Counted from the stretch's first letter, positions 1 through 15,072 are shown. The stretch is 64,000 bases of DNA from Octopus sinensis (GCF_006345805.1 NC_042998.1:130262001-130326000); one strand, 5' to 3'. Notes: generated by a model from the sequence alone, not told the origin. Program-made: numbers and translations.

Positions 1-532
1 GAAAGTATCGATATAAGGTGTAGACTGAAATTGAGCAGGGCAGTGGGAAGTCCAATGTTTCTTTCGAGTCTTTCCTCAAGGTAAACTTCGCCAGAGAGGA
101 ATAAGAGAAATATGGCATTTTTACAGCCTATCTTTTTTATAATTCAAAAACTGACAGAAATGTATCGAGGAAAAGGATAAGGTGACGAAAAAAATTGATG
201 TGGAAAGGAATAATAATAGATTTACTCCAGTAAAAGAAATTGTTTGGGAAAACATATATTTATGTCCATCAGTGAAATAGTTCCGAGTTCGTATACGAAA
301 CGATGTTCCTTCTGTTTCCTAGATTGATTGAAATCACGTAGGCAGATATGCTGCACACTGATACATGGTTAACGGAACGCCTTATTTTGTTCTTGTAGAT
401 GCATCCAAGCAAAAAATATTCTTCAACCTCTTCTAGAATAATTTTCACCCACCATAATTTCAGTATGTGTTCTGTTAAGATGTCTTCTTCTTTGGTGTCA
501 AATCTGTTACGTATATATATATATATATATAT

Positions 533-574
<42 letters not shown>

Positions 575-588
575 CTGTTACAAATCTG

Positions 589-664
<76 letters not shown>

Positions 665-1207
665 AAAATGAGATTCATTTGATTAGGTACTTAGTTGAAG
701 CACCAAGTCAGGGCGGTATTATCCGCACATCTCGGAGGTGAATAAAATCAAAATAAGCAACATGATATCAAAACGTGATGCAGTACGACCGTTTCATGCG
801 GCTCAATTTAATTTAGCAGTTGATAAAAAGACAAATAAATTAGCATTAAACCACAATCCTTTACAAGCTATGACCCCAGTGAGCGTCATGCCTTTCTTGG
901 GAGTGTAGTCTATTCTTAGCTACAATAGCGAGAACATGGATTTCTTCCATCTTCCTGTTCTTTGAAAGTATTTGAGAACATTTATATTAATGTATCCAAC
1001 TGATTGAAGTTCTATTTATGTGTGCAGCTGATGATAGCACTGCATTTAGATTGATGTAATGATTGCATTTAAATTGATGTAATGATTGCATACATAATTT
1101 CGTATGCTTATAAGGACTTATGTATGCATTCTGTGTTTAGATATGTGTCGGGTTTGGTGAGGAGTATTATTGACCTTGGAACTTGGCTTTCAAATTAATA
1201 CGTGACG

Positions 1208-1287
<80 letters not shown>

Positions 1288-2500
1288 CGTCTAGATGTGG
1301 ATACACCTACATATATATCAACAACAACAATAATAATAAGTATTATTACGAAGTGGCATAGCTTCACCTTCCATTCGTTTTATATATACAGCTTTACATA
1401 CACCTGCACAAGTTTCAACCCTACCGTTTAGTAACTGCTGCAATTGCAACCCTACTACAATACCGGTGCGGTTTTTTCATGGTTTTTACTTAAAGTATTT
1501 CGTTTATCTACTCTGCTTTGCATGATGTAAGTGTCTCTCGTTAAGTTAGACGTGAACTATCTTCCATTGAAGTTTTGATTGGATCACGACTTATAGTCTT
1601 TTATTTTTAAAAATTCCGTTGTTTAAAAGTTTATTATTCATTTGTGCTGGACAAATGTGGATTTCCTCATATGCAAGCATCTCAAGCCTGTTCCTATCTA
1701 GAATTTATTGTGTTACCCTTAGATGTAAACATTTTGTAAAATTCTTCTAAACAGAGATCGCATTTTTCAGTACACATAATCTTACTTTGTGAGTTTACGT
1801 TATACATTTTCATTATATTAGCCAAGTCATATCTGAACCGTGATACTTTTGATTTCTTTACTTTCTTTTACGGTTTACACATTTACTGTCATTTCTGCTG
1901 TTATTATTCCATTTGCTCCCTTAAAACGACCGACATTTCAACGGAATTATTTGTATATATACTAGAAGCATCCATATGATATAGATGTAGATTATTTTAA
2001 AATCTGCAGGTATACAATGAAACCCCAACTTTTCATGCTGCATATTTAACCTTTTATGTATCCTTTACTTTTTCTTGATATATCTCCTTACTTCTACAAA
2101 CGTTTGTATTATTTTTATCCCTATTGTTTGCGTGTAATTTATTTTCTTTAAATTAATATTTTCCTTAGTTTTATGGCTTATTCATTCGTCTGTTGCTTCC
2201 TACATCCCATCGCAACGTCATTGCTATCATCCTTTATTCATCCTTTACTCTATAAATAATGTGTGTATCCAGCCACTCTCCAGCGGCACACCACTCTCGT
2301 ATAATTAGCGCCCTACATGAACTGATTTTCCTAATTGGCATCGTTATATGAGCTCCTTGCCCGTCGTAATTGTTCAACTTTTAACATTTAAAGTCACTTT
2401 TACGTAGTCATCACTCATGATTTCCAAGGAAAAGTCATTTTATTACGCACACAAGAGTTTGTGCGTTTGTATGTGTGTGAATGAATATATATAATATATA

Positions 2501-2571
<71 letters not shown>

Positions 2572-2574
2572 TTA

Positions 2575-2960
2575 TCCGTATAATGAAGGGTGAAATTAAT
2601 TAATTTGGAATAATTATCAATTACACCAAGTAGTCTTCGGCATGTAAAAGCCTCATTCGAGGAAAATTTAAGTAATACTAAGCAATAAAGGGTTTAGCAA
2701 CGAATTGCCTTACCACAATACCGAATTTAGAAATAGCAGTCAAAGAGTTATAGTATTTCTTCTACTAAAAAGGGAGATCTCAGTAAAAACAGCAATTGGA
2801 AGGCAGACACAAACAGGTAAGAGAGAATGAATTGACGGCAATCTATCATACAATTTTAAGTTATCTACGGACGTACGTTTCGAAATCAAGTTTTTAGGAA
2901 AGCATAAGAATTAAATATTAAATAATTCTACGTTACCAAAACTTTTTTTCTCTTCAGCGT
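2575..2960 (-). mobile_element. Penelope-like element 3' tail / pseudo-LTR remnant
   Basis: Minus strand has a degenerate hammerhead-like core CTCGAATGA-GGC-ttttacat-GCC-GAAG (2630-2662); the tail abuts a (TA)n run, as PLE tails typically do. Confidence 0.35.
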
Positions 2961-2989
2961 AGAATACTATAATCATAAATGATTATATA

Positions 2990-3470
2990 TTGAATTTTGA
3001 GATACTAGAAGTCACCAACTCAACTCAGTATCAGAGCGAGCTAGAAGGGGCTGGTGACACAATCTTTTCACTCACACTTTGAATTTAGTGATACTAGTTG
3101 CGGATTATAGTCATCTTCATATTTTTATACTCCATATCTTATAGTTGTATTTCATATTTGTTTTATATGTACATACTTATGTGTGCCCATTTTACACTCG
3201 TTCTGGTCTAACGACCTTCCATGTTTGTTTTCGTTCCGTTTCCTTGTATGTCTCTACTGTCCTGAATTTGTTCCCAAACTTGACCCTACATAAATCCAAA
3301 ATTTCGTTTTCGTATTTACGGGTGGAAATGCCTTCCAAGACTCATATTGTCATTCAATTCTCGAAATGAGTAGTAGACAGACAGCCGCCAACTGATAAAG
3401 GGTCGTTCTTTGCTTTACTTGCCCTGTTTTCCATTTTTACTTTCGTTGTTTGCGTATTAACACATTTGTT
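2990..3470 (+). mobile_element. Penelope-like element 3' end remnant (GIY-YIG C-terminus plus tail)
   Basis: Translates NFEILEVTNSTQYQSELEGAG, similar to the PLE endonuclease C-terminus; tail motif caactgataaaggg resembles the minus-strand tail at 47450-47625; ends at (TA)n. Confidence 0.35.
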
Positions 3471-4419
3471 TTTGTATTTATATATATATATATACATATA
3501 TATGACGAAGGTCAATGGTAGTAACAGTGCAAAAAAGAAAACGCCATACAGGCCACTTGTGGAAAATTGAAGATAAATTGGCTTGTACGTATCTTCATTA
3601 TTTCTGGATTTTATTTATTTTTGCTTGTTAATCTGTACTCAGATTCTTTTACGTGGTGTATGCGCGTGCACGCGTGTGTGTGCATGAGTATGTGAGTTTT
3701 ACAAGTTACACATCTATGACTGAAATCACATATATAAATATCTACATAAAACCGTATGTATGTGAGGGAGATATTCGTTTACTGCTCTGAAAGTATTCAA
3801 CGAGAGCTAGATGCTGGATAGCTAACGGAATATTTGAAAACGTCCTTATTAACACTACTCCACAAAGGTAGCAATATTATCAAACAACTACCGACGTTTG
3901 TCACTTGCATCATGTCTGACGGGAATCAGCTGAAGATATGTAAACGTTTAATATAAGTATTTTGATCAAAGAAATTTCCACACACATATTACAGTACTAA
4001 AATATATTTCTGACACTGCAGTAACAATGTACGATATAAATCGGTTTGCTATGAAGATCAAAGATTGATTCAAGAGTATATAATGTCATCAACGATTTTA
4101 AGTTCAACCACTATATTCTATCAAGATTAGACAAAACAGGTTTCGATGAACCTGTCGAAGCGTGGTGTATATAAATAGATAGATAAATACAAATATGCAT
4201 ATACATAAATACATACATACATACATACATACATGGTGGCTGCCCCCTCGTTATCGAGTATGGCCATTGCACGAAGCTTAATCAATGTTGTTATTGTGCA
4301 ATGCCTGTGCAAGAAGATTTTATTTTAAAGTGAGGAAAGACTGTGCACTGAGCCAATCGCACTCATAAGCAACAGCAGATATAATCCGAAAAGAAGACAA
4401 GTCAACATCATCGGTAACC

Positions 4420-4775
4420 ACTGAGTCGCAGGTTTTATTTCGGAGTTATCCCAGTTACCTGAGTTACCTTCTCCTAGAAGGATGCCATAATAAAGGCTAG
4501 GAGTCCTTCCACTCCCATGGTTAACCGCGCGATCGGGTATTCAGTCCGATTATTCTATGTCCCGCGCATGATGCAGCCTTAAGACGTTTTATTGGATGGC
4601 CGTTGACTCTCAAGGAGTTCTTCTGCCTTTGACGGGTCTTGTTTTTTTATCCCGCAGGGTGACTAATAAACACCCTCCTCATCAAGCAAGCTTGGTGGGG
4701 TTGCCGTTTTAGTCGCCGACGACCCGACCATGCAACAGGTTGTACTGGGTTACATGTTACCAGTAGCACTCGAAA
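4420..4775 (-). mobile_element. GC-richer interspersed repeat, probably RTE-related 5' region
   Basis: GC-rich island; minus strand GGTCGGGTCGTCGGCGACTAAAACGGCAACCCCACC resembles RTE-type 5' UTRs from memory; no ORF support. Confidence 0.3.
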
Positions 4776-4843
4776 GTGACCTGACATAACATACATACAT
4801 ACATACACGCACACACACACATATATGGATCAAAACAGTTTGA

Positions 4844-4881
<38 letters not shown>

Positions 4882-5081
4882 CACACCGACATGTATGAAC
4901 GCCCAAGACCCTATGTATTTTCCGAAATAATAAAGAAGTCGGTACGTAACTCCTTAATAAGTGACTTACGTCATTCAACTGCAGAACAACATGTTGTTCA
5001 TCACAAACCATGCATTTGCCCTATCATGAATTCAACTTTTCAACCGGGTTTGGTATATATATATAATGGTATATATGGTAT

Positions 5082-5141
<60 letters not shown>

Positions 5142-5623
5142 GTGTGTGTGAATATGTGTATGTATAATGTATATACTCCATTAAATACACGAGTAAAAGG
5201 TCTATCTGTATTTCATATTTGTTCAAATATTCTCAGCTTTTATCGATGGTTTGGAAAAATTTATCCGATGTTTCTATACTTTCACAGTCTCATTATCAGG
5301 AGTTAACTTGAATATACATGGCATTTGTATTGATGATTGTTTTTTCTTTTGTTTTCATGTACTGATTGAATTCTACTAAGGACGTGTATTTTACATTGGA
5401 ACTTTTGAAGTTACTTATTCTCTATCACAGCTATTTCAGTAGATAAATTTTATAGTATCTGCAACTCAATTACTTTTCTTCAGCACACATCATCTTTAAT
5501 TTTAATTTAAATTACCCTAAATTGAACTTTTCTTGATTGAATCATCCTTTAATTATTTTTCTCTAATAATTTTAAATTAACATTTCAGCTGGTTCCTTTG
5601 AACTACTTATTTACTTCGTACAT

Positions 5624-5957
5624 GCGGATGCTCATGGCTCAGTTCTTAGAGCGTCGGCCTAGCAATCATGAAGTAGCGAGTCCGATTCCCAGACTGGTCT
5701 GTGTTGTGTCCTTGTGCAAGCCACTTTATTTCACGTTGCTCCAGTTCACTCAGCTGTAGAATTGAGTTGCAACGTCACTCGTGCCAAGCTGTACCGGCTT
5801 TTGCCTTTGAATAATATCGGTGGCGTCGAAAGGGAGGCTGGTATGCATGGGCGACCGCTGGGCTTCCATAAACAACTTTGTCCGATCTTGTGCCTCGGAG
5901 GGTAACTTTTTAGGTGCAATCTCGTAGTCTCGACCAAAAGGGGAGCTTTACCCTTCA
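5624..5957 (+). mobile_element. tRNA-derived SINE, family A
   Basis: A-box TGGCTCAGTTCTTAGAG, B-box GAGTCCGATTCCC, CORE-like GTGTCCTTGTGCAAGCCACTT; homologous to 7455-7760 and 13537-13848. Confidence 0.8.
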
Positions 5958-6261
5958 CCTGCGAATTAGAACTTGTAGGTATATATTTCGCAATTAATGT
6001 TCTGCTAACCCAGAAATAGTACTGCAGGTCGTAACAGCCGAAGAACATCCATTCAATAGAGATATTTTTTCTTACAATATCTTGTCATCTGAAGAAATAT
6101 TCTAGAATTAGAGACTCCAGATACCAGTAAACATGAGATCAACAAAGAAATAATTTCACCAGACTTGTGTGTACGTTTCTGCGAGTATCTACCAGTAGGC
6201 ATGAATGTGTGTATGTACCATGCATTTATGAATGTACTTATGTATGTATAAATGTAGCTCC

Positions 6262-6320
<59 letters not shown>

Positions 6321-6859
6321 ATGTGGTGTGTGTGTGTGTGTGTGTATATATATTCCATATACATATATGTATGAATATATATATATATACATAAGTATAT
6401 AAATATACAAATATATGTATATATGTCTTTGTATCTATGTATATATATTTATAAGTGTTTATATATATATATATAAACACACTCACACACACACAAACAT
6501 ATATATATATATACACATATATATGTGTGTATGTGTGCGTGCGTATATACAGTGTGTGGTATAATCAAGGTATAGCTATAATAGACAAACGCTTAAATGT
6601 AAGAGATATTAACGCCCAACCTTTGCAACGAGGGTTACTGCCATCAGCTTTGAAATATAGCAATAAGAACGATACTTATCGAGCTGTGATGGAGATAGAA
6701 AGGAAGAAATACGGAAGTTAGCTTAAAGCTTATATTTATCATGCAATACAGAACACAGATTACAGAATAAAGAAACCGAAAAGGGTTATACTTAACTCTG
6801 TAATCTGTAATTTGTGTTTTGTGTAAATCCTCGCTTTAAAATTACTCGTGTTCAACTTC

Positions 6860-7100
6860 TTTTCTATGTTTGTGTGTGTGTGTCTCACTCTATCTCTCAC
6901 ACACTCTCTCTTTCATTCTCCCTCTCTAATTCTCTCTCTCTTTCTCTCCACTCTCTCTCTTTCTCTCCACTCTCTCTCTTTCTCTCCACACTCTCTCTTT
7001 CTCTGCACACTCTCTCTTTCTCTCCACTCTCTCTCTCTTCCTCTCTCCCTCTCTCTCTCTTTCTCATCCATCTATCTCTTTCACTCCCTCTCTTTCTCTC
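6860..7100. repeat. CT-rich compound microsatellite
   Basis: Repeated CACTCTCTCTTTCTCTC-like units. Confidence 0.9.
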
Positions 7101-7212
7101 TGACGATCTAGGTTCCTGTGACGAGTCTTCGTAATATAGATTTGCATGAAGCCGAATCGAACAGTTTTCAGATAATAATATATGTAACTCGCATCAGATA
7201 TGTTGAGTGCCT

Positions 7213-7237
7213 CTTGCATTTATTTGTCCTGATATAT

Positions 7238-7292
<55 letters not shown>

Positions 7293-7331
7293 ATATATAG
7301 ATACATGTATATATATATATATATATTATAT

Positions 7332-7429
<98 letters not shown>

Positions 7430-7450
7430 TATATATATATATATATATAT
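7213..7450. repeat. (TA)n microsatellite, representative of dozens of TA/CA/TACA runs in the window
   Basis: Directly visible; source of the YI/HT/CV pseudo-ORFs. Confidence 0.95.
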
Positions 7451-7454
7451 CTGT

Positions 7455-7760
7455 AAACACATGGCTCAGTGGCTTGACCGTGGGGCTCACAATCATGATG
7501 TAGTTGAGTTTCGATTCCTGGACTAGGCTGTGTTGTGTTCTTGAGAAAAATATTTCCTTTCATGTTACTCCATCCATTTCACTCAGCTGCAGAAATTAGT
7601 CACTTGCCTTTCCCCTTGGATAACATCAGAAGCGTAGAGAGGAGAGGCTAGTATGCAGGGCGGCTACTGGTCTTTCATAACTAACATTGCCCGGTCTTGT
7701 GCCTCGGAGGGGAACTTTTTAGGTCAATTCCATGGTCATTCATGACGAAATGGGTCTTTA
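7455..7760 (+). mobile_element. tRNA-derived SINE, family A
   Basis: TGGCTCAGTGG A-box, GAGTTTCGATTCCTGG B-box, shared TTCACTCAGCTG and TTGTGCCTCGGAGG blocks with the 5624 copy. Confidence 0.8.
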
Positions 7761-8582
7761 CAAATAGTCACATCATATATATATATATATTATATATATA
7801 TATATATATCTATATATATATATAATATATATCCATGTACATTCATACATTTATTCATTTTTTATATATACTTGAAAAATCTACTCAGAAAAACAAACAT
7901 TTCAGCATTTTAGACAAGGGGAAATGTTTGGGAATGACATTCACATACATTCAAGTAATTGAAAGTTTCCTCATAGAAAGAGAATAAATCGTGGCAGCAA
8001 GGATCAGTGATTCTGAAAGTAAAACGAGATAATGTATAAGGCTATTTAAATAATATATTGAAATCAAAGATAAAAATAATGGAAGATACATTTTTTTTTC
8101 ATGCATAGATATTCACGATATTGTTAGAAGGCTAATAACAGATATGCTTCACTCATATTCCAAATTATCCGCCAAGTCCATTTTCTCACACCGATTTAAT
8201 CAATAATCACATATATTTACAAGCAGAAAAATGAAGCATTTGTCCGGTAGCATATATATATGTAATTACAAAAAAGAAATTCAGTTGTAAAAATGTCTTG
8301 AATTCGCTTAAATTATGTAGTTGGTGTTAAAACTGATCTCAAATACGTCTGCACGATAGAGTAAGTCAATTAAAAATTTGTGACATGAAAATGCCTCTCA
8401 AAAGTCTCATTTGCAGATAAAAATGTTTATCTAACTTATACATAAATTGTAGCATTCCTTTTAAATAATGTTCTCTATAATTTGCTTGATGTATATGATG
8501 TAGTAATTCTGTTTCTATCAGTAGGTATGAATGTATGCATGTACTATGCATTTATGAATGTACTTACGTATGTATATATGCA

Positions 8583-8628
<46 letters not shown>

Positions 8629-8631
<3 letters not shown>

Positions 8632-11560
8632 GGACGCAGAGGTGAAAATAAAAGATTTCACCATTGTTCGTGCGGATCGCACAGACCGAAATAAGGGAGG
8701 GACAGCCATCTTTATCCATGACTCCTTTTCACTTGATGCCAAGGACATATTTTCCAATGGCTACTGTGAATCGGTATCACTATACAAAAAAGCCAAGGAC
8801 ATAACCATTGTTGGTCTTTACAGGCCTCCCCAGGCACCTCTAAAGTACTTTGAAGAGTGCCTTAGCAAAGTCAAGTCCTTCCTTCGGAAGTACCACTCTG
8901 GCAACATACTAGTGATGGGTGATTTTAACCTCCCTCATGTGAACTGGCCCACAAATACTCTGAAGTTAGGCAAGTGCTCTACATCAGATAGAGCAGCAGC
9001 AGAACTGCTCTTTAATCTGATGGATGAGTATTTCCTGACTCAGCTAGTGCTTGAACCAACGAGACAGAATAAAACGATCTTGGATCTGGTATTGACCAAT
9101 CACTCTAGCTACGTTCACAGTATTTCAGTCGAAAAAACTCTCTTCTCAGACCACGACATGGTACTCTGCAATCTTAATTCCCGACATATAAAAACCAAAC
9201 CAGCCGGTCCCACTCCATGGCACCCATTTGACAACATAAACTTCCACAAAGCGGACTGGGGAACAATCAGAAAGGATCTGTCTGCCATCGACTGGTCTTT
9301 TACTCTCAATTCCTCTCATATTGAGACCGCGTGGCAGCACTTTGAAAACATTGTCACCTATACAGGCTCTAAACACGCTCCCAAGAAATCTACTAACACA
9401 AACAGAAACCGGCTCCCTAAAAAGAAAAAAACACTCATCAGGCGCATCAAAAGACTCAACAAAAAAATCAACCAATTAAAATATTCCCACACACAACATC
9501 CACATTCAACAACAATGAAAAGACTAGAGCTAGAAAAACTTCAATGCAGACCAACATGAAAGCCTCCATTGAAAATCAAAGAGCTGTGGAGGAACAATGG
9601 GTAATCAAAAACATCAAACAGAACCCAAAAATGTTCTATTCTTATGCAAATAAGCATAGAACCACTGCCTCACCCATTGGGCCATTGATTGATGATAACG
9701 GCATTCCCCAACACGATGCTAAAGAAATGGCAGAAATACTGCAGAAACAATACTGCTCTGTCTTTAGTGTTCCCACTGATATTGACGTAAGGGAAACGAA
9801 CGAAGTTGACTCCCAACACAAAATCTCAGACATAACCTTCACTGCCACTGACATCGTAGCAGCAATAAATGAGGTCAAACATTACTCTGCTGTAGGCGCT
9901 GATAGATTTCCCGCTAGTCTCCTGAAGGAATGTAGATACCAGCTTGCAGTCCCTCTGACCAACCTCTGGAGAAATTCGTTAGACGCAGGTTATATACCGA
10001 AACAGTTTCTATCCCAGTCGGTCATCCCGGTTTTCAAACAGGGAAACAGATCCCTCGCAGTCAACTATCGCCCAATCTCACTCACCTCCCACATCATTAA
10101 AGTGTTTGAAAGAGTGTTAAGATCAAGGATAGCTGACTTCCTGGAGACCCACAAACTCCTAAATGCAAATCAGCATGGCTTTCGCTGTGGCAGGGACTGT
10201 CTAACACAGCTCTTACACCACATTGAAGATGTACTCAAAGCCTTGGGAACAGGTTAGAACTCTGACGTCATATATCTTGACTTCAGTAAAGCGTTCGACA
10301 GTGTAGACCATAACATCCTACTTTCAAAATTGGCAAATGTTGGAATCCGTGGAAAAGTTCTACACTGGATTAAGTATTTCCTGGCGAATAGAACACAACA
10401 TGTTGTAGTTGATGGAGTCCACTCAAACCCAGCAAAAGTTACCAGCGGTCTTCCCCAGGGAACTGTTTTGGGTCCGCTACTCTTCATAATTTACGTAAAC
10501 GACCTTTCCAGTGTCGTACATTACTGCAAAGTGAAAATATTTGCTGATGACACTAAGCTCCAGCAAATCGTCAATGAAGAAGCAGACCGAACTCAACTCC
10601 AGTCTGATCTATATGCTGTGAGTCAATGGGCAGACAGAAACAAAATGCAACTGAATGAGGGAAAATTTGAGCTGATGCATTTTGGAAGAAATTCCTCACT
10701 AAAACAACCATACTCTCTTCCTTCAGGGGAATCGCTCACAGCCTCTAACAATATCAGAGACCTGGATGTAATTATTGATGACGATCTCAGTTGGAGTGCA
10801 CACATCAACAAGAAGGTCGATATAGCTCGTAGGATGAGTTCCTGGATCTTAAGAACTTTCCGGTCCAGAGAACAAGGTGTCATCATACCACTTTTTTCCT
10901 CCCTTGTACGGCCACACATTGAATACTGCTGCCCACTGTGGTCTCCTCACACAAGACAAAACATCTCCAGAATTGAGTCACCCCAGAGGGCACTCACTAA
11001 ACAAATTGAAGGCATGGCTGCTCTCGATTATTGGGATCGCCTTAAAGCCTTGAAACTTTACTCCCTCCAGCGTCGCCGTGAGCGGTACATCATTTGTACG
11101 ATGTGGAAAATATACCGCCAACTTTGCCCAAATGACCTAAACATTAGCTTCAAGGTTCATCCAAGACTTGGACCACGGGCTATACGTCCCCTGCCCAATT
11201 CAAGATCACAACATACATGTACACTGCAACACAATTTCTTTTCCTCAACAGGCCCTTCCCTATTTAACATTGTCCCGAGGGAGATCAAAGAGGAAAAGGA
11301 TCCCATCAACTTTAAACAGAGTCTGGATAGATTCCTTCAAAGAATACCAGATAAGCCACCCATAATTGGATACAACTCACCCAACAAGAACTCACTACAT
11401 GAACAAAACTGGATACAACTCACCCAACAAGAACTCACTACTTGAACAAAACTTGACTTAAACAGGACTCGAATAATCCTATCAGGTGGTGCTATTAAGT
11501 TAGACATGGCCTGGACCAATCTTTGGTCGAAACATATCTAAGTTTATCTAAGTTTATATC
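8629..11560 (+). mobile_element. CR1-group LINE, 5'-truncated ORF2 (APE endonuclease + RT), one frameshift and one nonsense codon
   Basis: APE motifs GLYRPP, MGDFNLP, ILDLVLTN, SDHDMV; RT motifs NYRPISLTS, QHGFR, YLDFSKAFDSV, GLPQGTVLGP, FADDTKL; C-terminal SLQRRRERY; frameshift near 9545-9560; in-frame TAG 10255-10257 (ORFs at 9544 and 10330 share a frame); 3' tail (ATCTAAGTTT)2. Confidence 0.95.
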
Positions 11561-12554
11561 TTATCTTTCTTTGAAAGAACTGAACACATCTATGCGAGTA
11601 ATCCTCGAAAAAATTTATTTAATTAAAAAAAAAAAACATTTAAAATTTTCTATATACTCTTTTGCTTATCATTTTGTGCTAGTTCCAAGACTTATACCTA
11701 CACAGGTACACAACATAAAATGAGCGCTGCATCTAACAAGCATACAATTTATGACTAAGCATGATAATTGAAATTTCCTGAAATGAATATTAAGCTCCTT
11801 AAAATTATATCTTTTGTTTTCTTTTAGGACGCTACTAAGTTTATATCATTATACAACAGAAAGGAAATTTCATTTCACTAAGAAATTTTCGCGTACATAT
11901 ATTCTATACAGCACTACCTAATTGAACCATTTTAAATTGTGCTACTTCAGTTCTTCAGTCATTTCCCTGAATTTACATTTTGAAATTATGCGAACTGAGC
12001 GTCATGAATTTTTTTTTTCACCAGATGACTTCAAATGCTAAATCAACTTTTGGAAGAAAAACATCATCACCCAGATGATTTCATAAGGTGGAGTCATAAT
12101 TCCAGATATTACTCTGCTGACGATGAAAGATCAGACTTCATTTCCAGGCAGGAGAGATAAATTATCACTGAAAATATTTCTTAGTTTCTGTGAAACTCCC
12201 AAGTGGTTGCCATAAAGCTATGTTTTCTGATTCCCTCTGAGATGGAAATTTCACCTCTTTCAGGACTTTATTGCAAGTTATTCTGCATATCTCACTCGAA
12301 TTCTCTGAATTCATGCTTCTAGCTCATTTGGCTTTGTTATTCTAATATAGATACACCTCCATCACACATATATGCGTATACATATATATTATCAAAAAAT
12401 ATATATGTATCTATCGCTCGTATTAAATATATAAATACTTTAACAGTATTAATATTTGATACAATTGAGCACTCAATATAAATTCAGTATATAATATTCT
12501 CATTGAATATATTTAACTAAAGATATATGCGTATATGTATATACGCACGTTATA

Positions 12555-12585
<31 letters not shown>

Positions 12586-13353
12586 GTGCTTGTTGGCATG
12601 TGTGTATATGTATGTATATGCTTGTGCATGTGTGTATGTGTGCGTGTAAATGTATATGTATATGTATATACATATGCAGATGAACACGTAGAGACACGCA
12701 CGCAATATACTCCAACATATGTTGATATGTTTGTGTGTATGTGTGTGTGTATGTGTGTGTGCATTTGTGTTGGTGTGAGTGTGTGCGCGCGCGTGCGTAT
12801 TATGCACATATAAATGTATTTTTGAAATGTCACATATTTACCTACATATATTACTCTGGTTTTGGTGTTATTTGTGTCAAGAAACTAATATGGAAATATA
12901 ATCTTTCGTTTCCTCAATAATATACAGTTACACCTATATTTAGACATCTCTGTATTGACATATCTGTGCTGCAATTTACATGCATATGAAATATGAATAT
13001 ATACAGACGTTCATACATATGCCTCCTCTCTTCATCTAACAATCTGTATACCTCCCTAAATACCTATCTCTCTAGCTACATATGCCTCTCTCTCTCTCTA
13101 TCTCTTATCCTCTCTCTCCGCAAATAATTCACACTCCACCACATCACAAACACTTGCACACACACACGTGCGTGGGCACACACACAATCACACACAGACT
13201 CACACATGAGCGCCCACAAACATATGCTTCCAAAACTACATCGAACTGGCATATGCAAAATAATCTGTTATGACAAAAATCGATTTAAACATATCTCTAT
13301 TAAGTTACTCCACTCACTTTCTCTATGAGAATGCGGATTTGTCTGTCTGTGTG

Positions 13354-13399
<46 letters not shown>

Positions 13400-13536
13400 A
13401 ATCTATGTATGTATGTATGTATTTATCTATCTATCTATCTACCTATCTATATGTATGTTTGTATGTATGTATATATATATACATACACACACAAATACAC
13501 ACACACACACCACACACACATATATATATATATAAT

Positions 13537-13848
13537 GGGTAAAGAACCCGCTCGGTCATGAATGACCATAGGATTGGACATAGAAGGTTCCACTCCGAGG
13601 CACAAGTCCAGACCAGTAGTCGCCCATGCATACCAGCCTCCTCTTTCCACGCAACCGCACCTATGCAATGGAATGCCAAAAGCCGATACAACTTGACACC
13701 AGTGACGTCGCAACACATTTCTGCAGTTGATTGGTTGGAGCAATGTGAAATATAGTGTCTTTCTCAAGAACCCAACTTGCAGAGCGGTCAGGGAATCGAA
13801 CTAAACCTCTCATGATTGTGAGCCAGGAGCTAACTACTGAATCATACG
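13537..13848 (-). mobile_element. tRNA-derived SINE, family A
   Basis: Reverse complement matches the 5624/7455 copies (CTCCGAGGCACAAG, CATGCATACCAGCCTCC, CTCATGATTGTGAGCC, GGGAATCGAAC). Confidence 0.8.
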
Positions 13849-14191
13849 CTTCGGTGGTTATTTGTACAAAATTTGATTAATTTCTTTTTCTGGAAGATTT
13901 GAGGAAGCTAATCAGTGAGGTATATTTTTGTATGTATGTGCACTGCTTTGACATAAGTAATACGAAGATTACATTCATATTATGTATTTACATATCATTT
14001 TGTGTGAAAAGTTAGTTAATTATATATTTGCATATTATATGTAAATGAAGAATATACGTCTTCCGTTTGGTTTGCATAAAAAAGGGGACAATAATGTGAA
14101 TAAGATGTGCTCAGTTATTCACTACACGTACACTTTAATACGATAACAGTATTTACGATGATATAATTATTAACGAACGCTAACTGCATTG

Positions 14192-14262
<71 letters not shown>

Positions 14263-15007
14263 ATATATGTATATACACATGTATATTTTTCTTCTTCTTC
14301 TTCTTCTTCTTCTTCTAGTTCTTCTTCTCTGCCAAGAATCCGCAACGACTTCGAAACCACAAGAGTAAACATGAGAGACAGAGAGAGGCAGAAAGAAGGA
14401 AAATGCCCCTTGTATTTGAATATTATGGAAATATTCTTTTTAAAATACTTTTAATTTAATTTTTCCCAAATTTAATTGTTTTCCATACTTACAGTTGAAA
14501 AAGTGTCAATGACCGAAACTGGTAGTGAAATGTTTTTTATAAAATTATTTTAGAATTTTCTACCTTGACCCATATATGTCTCATATTTACTTTATACACA
14601 CAATCGTTCGGCCAGTTACCACGATACTTGTTCAGGGATAACCTCTCTAATGTAACTGCTATGTTAGCAAAAATATCATAGCGGCCCGAAAATTCGTCTA
14701 AACTGAGGCCAACCAGATCTTAGAAGAATCTAGGCCTTCAGAAGCACTTTCAATGGTAAATACATTTGGACGACCATTCGTCGCCTATGATACAAGATGA
14801 ACGGAATTCATTGATGCTGCAAATAGCCGCCTGGATGTATGAAATTTCTATGCAAGTTAGCCAGAATTAAATTAAATAGCCATCAATATATATTACTTAA
14901 CGTATCTACACAGTCACTGAGTTACCGTCTGTGTGTATACATTATGATACGTCTCTCCCACTTTCTCTTCTCTTTCTTTCTCTCTCTCTCTCTCTCTCTC
15001 TCTGTAT

Positions 15008-15072
<65 letters not shown>

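Noticed and set aside
8558-8628. N-terminal MYLRMYICISLSFSLSL extension of the 333-aa ORF
   Set aside because: It is the flanking (CT)n tract read in frame; the LINE starts at about 8629
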